From contig NC_007484.1 in NCBI RefSeq assembly GCF_000012805.1, positions 3,270,001 through 3,302,000 of the forward strand: a stretch of DNA of 32,000 nt. Direction: 5' to 3'. Below are positions 17,492 to 24,952 of this stretch, piece by piece. The notes below the pieces were generated by a model. The model did not search any database. It had not been told where the DNA came from and worked only from the letters and a program-made list of their open reading frames with translations. A program made the translations under genes and the position numbers. Each line of letters begins with the position of its first letter. Within the stretch, counting starts at the first letter, position 1. This DNA comes from Nitrosococcus oceani ATCC 19707 (GTDB lineage: Bacteria; Pseudomonadota; Gammaproteobacteria; Nitrosococcales; Nitrosococcaceae).

Positions 17492-17877
17492 CCCCGCCAG
17501 GCATCCAGATAGTGGCGTACCCGGGCCAAATCAGTGATGGAACCGCCCAGCATGGCGTCTAGGGCACTGGCGTTGCCGAAGTCGCGGTTAGGTTTAGTGA
17601 TCCAGGCATCAGCCCGCTGTTTGTTAGGGAACAGAGTCATCAAGGCTTTGCGAATACCCAGAATGTAGGAGATACGCTCCAGGATATCCTTATTAAGTTT
17701 AACGTCGGGCAGCCTTTTGTACTTATAGAAGGTCTGCTCCGGGATATTGCCGAGCAGGATACGTTGCTGTTGGTTATTAAGCCCCCAGTCAGCGGTGATT
17801 TTAAAGAAGCCTTTTAAGGCCACGTAACCCGTGAAACCGGAGTCCTGATCGAGTTTTTTGTGGGGGTTAACTTTCAT
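17488..17877 (-). CDS. Xre/MbcA/ParS-type antitoxin (DUF2384 C-terminal domain) of the RES toxin
   Basis: The 129-aa ORF sits immediately upstream of, and coupled to, the RES gene. The C-terminal part (RADAWITKPNRDFGNASALDAMLGGSITDLARVRHYLDAW) matches the DUF2384 pattern I remember for RES partners. Confidence 0.7.
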   Translation of the reverse strand: MKVNPHKKLDQDSGFTGYVALKGFFKITADWGLNNQQQRILLGNIPEQTFYKYKRLPDVKLNKDILERISYILGIRKALMTLFPNKQRADAWITKPNRDFGNASALDAMLGGSITDLARVRHYLDAWRG

Positions 17878-17992
17878 AAAGCGCCTTTATCTATAATCTA
17901 TTTTTAAGCTTATAAATACATATTTATAGTATACAAATAAAAATATATAAATATATAGTAAAAATAGAAAACTTGCGCGGTATACCGATAGC
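17878..17992. promoter_or_regulatory. Very AT-rich divergent promoter region between the xre-RES operon and hsdR, with a candidate operator palindrome
   Basis: About 115 bp that is almost entirely A/T. It contains the inverted repeat TATAAATA-CA-TATTTATA (17911-17928, perfect 8-nt arms), TATATA-AA-TATATA (17944-17957), and -10-like hexamers on both strands (TATAGT at 17955-17960; TATAGA on the minus strand). Confidence 0.45.
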
Positions 17993-20900
17993 ATGGTGGT
18001 CCTACCGGCAGGTTTTATATCCGTGCGTACAACTACGGAAAATTTCGGGAGAAGATTAGGCGTGTTTCAGGACGAACTCGATAAAGTAGAAACCCCCGCC
18101 ATTGCCCAGTTGCAACGGCTAGGCTGGCGCTATGTCCGTGGCGTTGAACTGTCACCGGAGGCTGCGGGCGCGGAACGGGCCTACTACCGGGACGTGGTGT
18201 TGGTTGGCCGTCTGGAAGGGGCTATCCGGCGCATCAACCCTTGGCTCAGTGAGGAAAACCTGCGTAAGGTAGCGCGGGAAATCACCCACCCCAACCATGT
18301 GGGTTTGATGGAATACAACCATGCCATTTACCAGATGTTGGTCAATTACCTGTCTATCGAACAGGACTTGGGCAAGGGACGCAAGGGGCAGACGGTCAAA
18401 ATTATTGATTTTGAAAATCCCGGTAACAATGAATTCTTGTGCGTTAACCAGTTCAAGGTTGAAGGACTCAATCAGAATATCATTCCCGATATCGTCTGCT
18501 TTGTGAATGGTTTGCCGTTGGCGGTGATTGAATGCAAATCCCCTTACGTGGCGGATGCCATTAGCGAAGGTATTAAGCAACTTCGCCGCTATGCCAACCT
18601 TCGCTATCCGGAAACCGATGAAGGGGCGCAAAAGCTATTCTGGTACAACCAGCTAATGATCACCACCTGCCGGGATCAAGCCAAGGTGGGCACCATCAGT
18701 TCCAGTGCCCAGCATTACGGGGAATGGAAAGACGCCTACCCCTTTACCGATGGGGACATCCGTGCACATCCCTTCAGCCCCGGTGGCAAATACGAGGTAC
18801 GGGAAATGGCGCCACCGCTCTGGTATGCCGGTGAGTTTGAACAGGCCAGCCCCGTCACGCCCCAACAGCGCCTGCTGGCGGGTATGTTAGATCCCGGCAA
18901 CTTTCTCGACCTGCTCCAAAACTTCACCATCTTCGAAGCCGTTGAGGGTCGCCTGGTCAAGAAGGTGGCCCGCTATCAGCAATACCGCGCCATGAACAAG
19001 GTCATCAAACGCCTTAAAAGCGGCACGGATCGTAAGGAAAAGTCCGGGGTGGTGTGGCATACCCAGGGGTCGGGCAAGTCCCTGACCATGGTGATGCTGG
19101 CGGTGAAGATGCGCCGTGATCCGGCGTTACAGCAATACAAGCTGGTGTTCGTCACCGACCGCACCCAACTGGATACCCAGTTGTCCAATACCTTTCGCGG
19201 CGCCCAGAACGAAACGGTCTACAACGCGGGCTCCGTGGCGGAGTTGAAAACCCTGTTGAGCCGCGATTCGTCCGATATCGTCACCGCCACGGTGCAGAAA
19301 TTCCAGGACGCGGAAGCGGCAGGCGGCTTCAAAGACCTGAACCCCAGCGGCAAGATCATTGTGCTGGCGGACGAGGCCCACCGGACCCAGTTTGGCGGCT
19401 TGGCCATGACTATCAATGCCGCCTTGCCCAAGGCCCCCAAGATTGGTTTTACCGGCACACCGCTATTGAAGACCCAAAAAATGGATCAAGCCTTCGGGGG
19501 CTATATTGACCAGTACAAGATCAACGAAGCCGTGGAAGACGGCGCCACAGTGCGCATCATCTACGAAGGTCGACAGGTGCAAAGCGATGTGGTGGGCGAT
19601 TCATTGGATGCCCTGTTTGAAGCATACTTCCAAGGGTGCAGTGATGAAGAAAAACGGGCAATCAAACAAAAATATGGGGTAGAATGGGCGGTACGGGAGG
19701 CCCCGGCAAGGATTCGCTGGGTCTGTATTGATCTGCTGAAGCACTACCGTGAACACATCCAGCCCAACGGTTTCAAGGCCATGATTGTGGTGGGCAGTCG
19801 CCATGCCGCCACGGTATTCAAGCAAACCCTGGATGAGCTGGACGCGCCGCCGTCGGAGGTGATTATTTCCGGCAAACACAATGACCCGGCAACCCTTGCC
19901 CAGTACACAGACCGGGTCCACCAGAAGCAGGCGATTCAAAACTTTACTAAGCCCCTGGGGGAAGACCCCACCGCCTTTCTCATCGTCAAGGACATGCTGC
20001 TCACCGGCTTCGATGCGCCGATAGCGCAGGTCATGTACATGGATCGCAGCCTGAAAGATCACGCGCTGATGCAAGCCATTGCCCGGGTGAACCGTACCTG
20101 CAAGGGGAAGCAGGCGGGGTTTATCGTAGATTACCATGGCTTGTCTGATGACCTGACCGAAGCCCTCAACCAGTTCAGCAGCGAAGATGTGCAAGGCACC
20201 TACCATACGCTGAAGGACGAAATACCCAAGCTGAAAGCTGCTCATACCCGTGTGGCCGCCATCTTTGCCGGGGTGAAAGGCGCGGATGTGGATGATTATG
20301 TGCTGCGCCTGAAGGATGAAGACACCCGCCAGCAATTTGAACGGGGCTTCAAACGCTTCGCCAAGCAAATGGACGTGATACTGCCGGATGTGGCTGCCAA
20401 GCCCTATGTGCCAGACCTGAAGTTCTGGGGCAAGGTACAGAACGCTGCTCGTAACCGCTACCGCGACCCTGGTTTGAATATTCTCGACGCCGGTGAAAAG
20501 GTGCGCAAGCTGGTGGAAGAGCACATCATCAGCACCGGCGTAGACCCCAAGATACCACCGGTTGATCTGATGGCGGCAAATTTCAGGGAATCGGTAGAGC
20601 AGATCAAGTCGCCGGAATCCCGTGCCTCTGAAATTGAAAGCGCCATCAAGCACCATCTTATCGTTAACCTTGAGGAAGACCCCGAGTTCTATAAGTCGCT
20701 GAGCCTGCGTCTACGGGAGATCATCGAGAAAACCAATGGCAAATGGGAGCAGCAATTGGAATTGCTCCTTCAGATGGTCGATAACATCGAAACCGAACAT
20801 AAGCAGGCAGCGGATGAGGTTGGTCTCACCAAAACGGAATTCGCCTTCTATAATATTCTCATGGCTGAGGTCACTCGGCATGGTGGTGATGGATTAGTCG

Positions 20901-21121
20901 GCGATGAAGTTCATGAGGATATCAAAGCAACCAGCCAATTCCTGGTGAAGACCTTTGATGAGGCAACCCAGATCGTTGATTTCTTCCACAAGCCCGATGA
21001 AGTGAAGCGGATGAAAAAGGAAATCAAGCGGGCGATACTGGATTGTTCCTACGCGGATAAAGCGCTTGTGACCGTTGTGCAAGAGCGCTTTATGGACTTG
21101 GCTAAGCGAAAGTTCGGATAA
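17993..21121 (+). CDS. hsdR: Type I restriction enzyme endonuclease/translocase subunit HsdR
   Basis: The N-terminal nuclease region has PDIVCFVNGLPLAVIECK (a PD-(D/E)xK-type motif). SF2 helicase motifs are present: I (HTQGSGKSLT), II (VLADEAHRTQ), and later motifs (LIVKDMLLTGFDAP, QAIARVNR). The start may instead be GTG at 18062, which is preceded by GGGAGAAG. Confidence 0.95.
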   Translation: MVVLPAGFISVRTTTENFGRRLGVFQDELDKVETPAIAQLQRLGWRYVRGVELSPEAAGAERAYYRDVVLVGRLEGAIRRINPWLSEENLRKVAREITHPNHVGLMEYNHAIYQMLVNYLSIEQDLGKGRKGQTVKIIDFENPGNNEFLCVNQFKVEGLNQNIIPDIVCFVNGLPLAVIECKSPYVADAISEGIKQLRRYANLRYPETDEGAQKLFWYNQLMITTCRDQAKVGTISSSAQHYGEWKDAYPFTDGDIRAHPFSPGGKYEVREMAPPLWYAGEFEQASPVTPQQRLLAGMLDPGNFLDLLQNFTIFEAVEGRLVKKVARYQQYRAMNKVIKRLKSGTDRKEKSGVVWHTQGSGKSLTMVMLAVKMRRDPALQQYKLVFVTDRTQLDTQLSNTFRGAQNETVYNAGSVAELKTLLSRDSSDIVTATVQKFQDAEAAGGFKDLNPSGKIIVLADEAHRTQFGGLAMTINAALPKAPKIGFTGTPLLKTQKMDQAFGGYIDQYKINEAVEDGATVRIIYEGRQVQSDVVGDSLDALFEAYFQGCSDEEKRAIKQKYGVEWAVREAPARIRWVCIDLLKHYREHIQPNGFKAMIVVGSRHAATVFKQTLDELDAPPSEVIISGKHNDPATLAQYTDRVHQKQAIQNFTKPLGEDPTAFLIVKDMLLTGFDAPIAQVMYMDRSLKDHALMQAIARVNRTCKGKQAGFIVDYHGLSDDLTEALNQFSSEDVQGTYHTLKDEIPKLKAAHTRVAAIFAGVKGADVDDYVLRLKDEDTRQQFERGFKRFAKQMDVILPDVAAKPYVPDLKFWGKVQNAARNRYRDPGLNILDAGEKVRKLVEEHIISTGVDPKIPPVDLMAANFRESVEQIKSPESRASEIESAIKHHLIVNLEEDPEFYKSLSLRLREIIEKTNGKWEQQLELLLQMVDNIETEHKQAADEVGLTKTEFAFYNILMAEVTRHGGDGLVGDEVHEDIKATSQFLVKTFDEATQIVDFFHKPDEVKRMKKEIKRAILDCSYADKALVTVVQERFMDLAKRKFG

Positions 21122-21834
21122 TGGCGGTACCCAAACCCGAATACCGCGATGGCAATGGCTTTATCGCTGAAGTCATACGCACCGATCGGCGAAAAACCGC
21201 GGGTATACGGATAGAAGATGGCGCGGTGTCGGTGCTTATCCCGGCCACTCTGCCGATAGAGCGCGTGGATGCGCTGCTGAAGGCGAAGCGACAATGGATC
21301 AAGGAAAAAATCGTCCTGCACCAGCAAGCCCGGCCGGTCAGCCAGAAGCAGTTCGTATCCGGTGAAGCCTTCTCCTATCTGGGACGCAACTACCGGCTGA
21401 AGGTTGAAAAAGGCGCATTCCAGTCAGTTAAACTGTTAAATGGTCGACTGCTGGTTACCAACCCCAAAGGTAAGGACCAGCCCCAGATGATCCGCCATGC
21501 CCTGGTCCGGTGGTACAGGCGACAAGCAGACCAGAAGCTGAAGGAAAAAGTGAAACGCTTTGCCCCGGTAGTCGGGGTACAACCCGCCGGGATGGGCATC
21601 AAGACTTTCAAGTCACGTTGGGGCAGTTGCACCGCAAAAGGACGGCTGGAGTTCAATTGGCGAATCATGATGGCGCCGAATCGCTGTGTGGATTATGTAG
21701 TGGTTCATGAACTGTGCCACCTGATCCGCCATGACCATTCGCCGGAATTCTGGCAGGCAATAGCGCGGATAATGCCAGACTATCGCCAGTGCCGGGAATG
21801 GCTGCGGGAGAATGCATCGCAATTGAGGGTTTGA
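21121..21834 (+). CDS. DUF45 / YgjP-like (M48-related) zinc metallopeptidase, translationally coupled to hsdR
   Basis: The start ATG shares its A with the hsdR TAA stop (ATAATG). It has the family-typical SRWGSCTAKGRLEFNWRIMMAP segment and the HExxH motif in VVVHELCHLIRHDHSPEFW. Confidence 0.8.
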   Translation: MAVPKPEYRDGNGFIAEVIRTDRRKTAGIRIEDGAVSVLIPATLPIERVDALLKAKRQWIKEKIVLHQQARPVSQKQFVSGEAFSYLGRNYRLKVEKGAFQSVKLLNGRLLVTNPKGKDQPQMIRHALVRWYRRQADQKLKEKVKRFAPVVGVQPAGMGIKTFKSRWGSCTAKGRLEFNWRIMMAPNRCVDYVVVHELCHLIRHDHSPEFWQAIARIMPDYRQCREWLRENASQLRV

Positions 21835-21926
21835 TGGATGAACGAACTCAACGCAGCATTCACCCGCCCATCCGGCGGTTGACGGAAACTACTAGGGCAT
21901 GTAACTAGGATTTGGAGTTTCGCCAT

Positions 21927-21964
21927 GACTGACTGCGGTTCGGTCCCACCTCACCTTGTCAGTC
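21927..21964. repeat. 7-bp perfect inverted repeat (GACTGAC / GTCAGTC) enclosing a 24-nt loop, at the distal edge of the R-M block
   Basis: Read directly: GACTGAC-TGCGGTTCGGTCCCACCTCACCTT-GTCAGTC. The loop weakly resembles a tRNA T-arm/acceptor 3' half. Confidence 0.5.
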
Positions 21965-22089
21965 TGGAGAATTCGCGTTTCTCAAACGATTCTTTCCATG
22001 AGACCCCTTAAGCATTTAACAGGATAAATCCACCTGCTGTGATTCTCCTAACTTAGCTATTCACGAGGCAACTTATTATTCGTTCAAAA

Positions 22090-23562
22090 TCAAGCCGCGG
22101 CATCCTTGAAATCATGCTCCAGAATTGCTTCGGCACGCCGGCATAACTCGCGGGCATAATCGGTCCAGATTCCCTGGCCCCAATAGCGGTAACAACTGGT
22201 CTGAATCATCAGGAGATAATAAAGGGCATTGCGATAGCGGTATTCCGAGGTAGCAATGCCTGCTTGACCCAGCACTCTTTCTGAAAATAAAGCACTAACC
22301 CTTTCCATGGGGCCAAGCACGTTTTCATAACCCTGGACCCAGGAAATGTTATTAGTCCAGCTACCCCCATCCATGTTAAATTGAGGGTCGTTATGTTGCA
22401 GTTCCTCAATAAGTTTTTCCAGCTTTTCTGGTCCCCCTCCCGCTTCAAAGTTATCCCAGATTTTTTTCTGCTGCACCGGCTGCACCACTGGAAAATCGCT
22501 TTCCTTGAGACCCAAAGTTTCTAGATATTCCAAGTATTCGCTGACATTCACCGCCGGCGTGGGAGAACCTGTGGCCTCACCCATGACTTCCATGAATTTA
22601 CCTGGAAACTCATTCATCATCACTCCGCCATTTTCGCCATCGCCAATCTGGGTGACCAGAGGTGGAATAAGCTGGCCTTTGAACTCTTGGCGACCCAAGC
22701 CTTGGGCTTCGTAATAAGGCTGCATCTGGGCTACTAACTTGGTGTCCGAACCCTGAGTCTTGATGATGGCAATGATGCTGGCGCTTTCTCCCTTGGAGTT
22801 TTTCGCCACCAGCCGGTGAGGAATATGTGGCCGCCGGGGGTGTCCATCCTCCTCGGGCTGCTCCACCGAATGCTCCTGCACCAGCACCCACTGATAGCCG
22901 TTCTCTTTAAGAGTCTTGACAAACTCATAGCAAACATCAGGGTGATTGGGCAAAGCCATCTCTGCTGGCGAAAACCCCTTCACCCGGCTCAGGGCCTCCA
23001 GGCCAAAAATAGCTGCAAAATGATGACGCCAAGCCTGAACATGCAGGCGATAGTCCTGGACCGGCGTGGAAGGAGCAACCGCATGGCTCCAGGTATTGCC
23101 CAGCCACTCCACGCAGCGCCGATAACGAGGATCGATGGTGACCCGTTTAAGCGCATCAAAAACGTCATCTAACCCCATATCCCGCAAACCATGGAGCAAG
23201 CACCCGGAATAATCCAACATGACCCGGGGATTTTTACCCTCATCCACCAATTGGGGTACAAGTTCACCGATACGCTTATAGCACCAATGAAATACCGGCG
23301 CATTGTGATTATCCCCAATATGCTGATTATCCATCATATATTTAAGGTTACTGATAATCGCCGCGGTATGGAGATCTTCTCCGCCTGCGGGAATCAGCGG
23401 CTGTTGCATATGCAAGGCGATGGCAAAGGCGCTCTGGATATGGCCAAAATCAATGCCGCTCTGGGACAGATAAACTGGCCCTTGGGCACGAGTTCTGGCA
23501 ATGAGTTCTTCAGAGCCACAGAGATTGGGTAGGCCGTCGATATATTCCGGTAAATCACTCAT
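22090..23562 (-). CDS. GH57-like glycoside hydrolase (glycoside hydrolase/deacetylase beta/alpha-barrel superfamily)
   Basis: The 490-aa ORF has segments resembling GH57 conserved regions: LHMQQPLIP (HQP-like), FSPAEMALP (nucleophile region), IGDGENGG (DGE region) and IQTSCYRYWGQG (C..YW region). The ATG has a GAGAGGT RBS. The family call is from memory of the motifs only. Confidence 0.5.
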   Translation of the reverse strand: MSDLPEYIDGLPNLCGSEELIARTRAQGPVYLSQSGIDFGHIQSAFAIALHMQQPLIPAGGEDLHTAAIISNLKYMMDNQHIGDNHNAPVFHWCYKRIGELVPQLVDEGKNPRVMLDYSGCLLHGLRDMGLDDVFDALKRVTIDPRYRRCVEWLGNTWSHAVAPSTPVQDYRLHVQAWRHHFAAIFGLEALSRVKGFSPAEMALPNHPDVCYEFVKTLKENGYQWVLVQEHSVEQPEEDGHPRRPHIPHRLVAKNSKGESASIIAIIKTQGSDTKLVAQMQPYYEAQGLGRQEFKGQLIPPLVTQIGDGENGGVMMNEFPGKFMEVMGEATGSPTPAVNVSEYLEYLETLGLKESDFPVVQPVQQKKIWDNFEAGGGPEKLEKLIEELQHNDPQFNMDGGSWTNNISWVQGYENVLGPMERVSALFSERVLGQAGIATSEYRYRNALYYLLMIQTSCYRYWGQGIWTDYARELCRRAEAILEHDFKDAAA

Positions 23563-23727
23563 ACTTATTTACCTCTCTAGTACCTTATTCACGACACGGA
23601 AGACTTCTACTCCCCTTCGTCAAAGTCTAGCAACATTACTGGGAAACAGGGTTATAATTTTAGCAAAATATCCCTCTACGGCTTCTCTGGGTACTTAGGT
23701 CCTATAGAAAAGATCGCGCTCTTTAAG

Positions 23728-23889
23728 CTAGGCCTTAAAGCCGGACTCCTGTTCCATGGGCTCGACTGCTTCCTTTTCTTCCCTATGGTCACCGGCCACC
23801 ACCAACCCAATATCGAAACGACTCACCGCGCCAGGACCGCTTGCCATCAGCAGGGGAACCATCGCCACTATCATGGAAACCGTTGTCAT
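23728..23889 (-). pseudogene. C-terminal remnant of an RND (AcrB/CzcA-type) efflux permease
   Basis: My own minus-strand translation gives MTTVSMIVAMVPLLMASGPGAVSRFDIGLVVAGDHREEKEAVEPMEQESGFKA. The pattern TT...VPL...SG.GA..R..IG..V.G matches the last transmembrane helices of RND pumps. Only about 53 codons remain and there is no upstream body. Confidence 0.4.
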
Positions 23890-24065
23890 TAAAATAGGGC
23901 ATAAGTTGCAATCAATCGGTTGTCTGTATGTTCGGCTATTTTAACCATACCTACCAGCGTAGGGGCACGTTGTGGGAAGGTCGTGTTAAGTCTTGGTTGG
24001 TGCAAAGTGAATTACAAACACCACATCCTGAATAGCTAGCATGAGGGATATCGAAAAATGGGCGG

Positions 24066-24248
24066 TTGAACAACTACCGTGATTTATTGAATGTCCATGC
24101 AGGAGCAGAACGCCTAAAAGAAATCAGGGAAAGTATTAATAAAGGGCTAGTGCTTGGAAGCGAGCGATTTACATTACCAATAAGCATTGACCCATCAGCG
24201 TGCCACGGCAAGAAAATCGGGAAGACCAAGACAGAGAAATATTGGTGA
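24066..24248 (+). pseudogene. C-terminal remnant of an IS200-like/REP-associated (COG1943-type) Y1 transposase-like gene
   Basis: The ORF starts at TTG with no plausible RBS. The segment LKEIRESINKGLVLGSERF followed by the basic GKKIGKTKTEK resembles the conserved tail (..IR....G.PLGS..F......GRPRK) of that family. The catalytic N-terminal part is missing. Confidence 0.35.
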
Positions 24249-24365
24249 AGCATCATTATCATTCTGACTTTAAATATTTTTGCGTGGTATTTATAATTAT
24301 GCCATAAGCCTTTGATTCGGTTGAACCAACGAATTTCTGCCCGGTTTTTCTGGGGTTTTACCGAC

Positions 24366-24941
24366 TCAAGACCGGCTATTGAAACGTATTCGGTTCGGAC
24401 GCCGTAAACGCAAGGGGTTGATTTCGATTACAAGGGCGACTTTCGACCATCCGGCCCGCTCGAAGGCACGTAATGAAGGAGAGTTGGAGTGCCATATGCG
24501 CGCGTACGTCCTGCGAAAACCTCTTTTGAGCATGTCAAGGCATGACAAGGCGATGAGTTGAGTCGCTACGCCGCTGCGCCGCATCGAGGGTGAAGTGACA
24601 ATCTGTACAAGCTTGGCCTCGTCGTTGCGAAGTGGCCAGAAATCGCGTTTCCGGTAGCGTTCCCCATACCAATAGATGCATACCCCTGCGATACGATTGT
24701 CCAGGTAACAGGCGTACGCATAGGCTTCTTCGCCCAGATAATGCATCTGTTCGCGAATTAGCGGTTCGCTGCTTAGCTCAAGCATTTGCTGATCCGTCGC
24801 GCGGACGCTGAATTTGGGTCTTGATGCAGTTGGTGCCGAATTCTCGCTGTCAACCGGGCTGGCGTAGACGTAGTAAGCGGAATAGTCGCCCAATACTAAT
24901 CGAGCAAGTTTCTTGGAGAGTTCTTTGGCGAGGTTGATCAT
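24366..24941 (-). CDS. GNAT family N-acetyltransferase
   Basis: Has the acetyl-CoA binding motif A (VTSPSMRRSGVATQLI) and the C-terminal NSPSLRAFERAGW. I chose the ATG at 24941 because the ORF-track start at 25109 overlaps the upstream gene. Confidence 0.75.
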   Translation of the reverse strand: MINLAKELSKKLARLVLGDYSAYYVYASPVDSENSAPTASRPKFSVRATDQQMLELSSEPLIREQMHYLGEEAYAYACYLDNRIAGVCIYWYGERYRKRDFWPLRNDEAKLVQIVTSPSMRRSGVATQLIALSCLDMLKRGFRRTYARIWHSNSPSLRAFERAGWSKVALVIEINPLRLRRPNRIRFNSRS

Positions 24942-24952
24942 CGGAGGTTTGC

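Noticed and set aside
19601-20656. 351-aa minus-strand ORF inside hsdR, plus similar ORFs at 13299-13850 and 13911-14474 inside hsdM
   Set aside because: They are antisense to genes with unambiguous helicase and methyltransferase motifs. Their translations are Gly/His/Val-rich without motifs. They are shadow ORFs favoured by the GC-rich coding strand.
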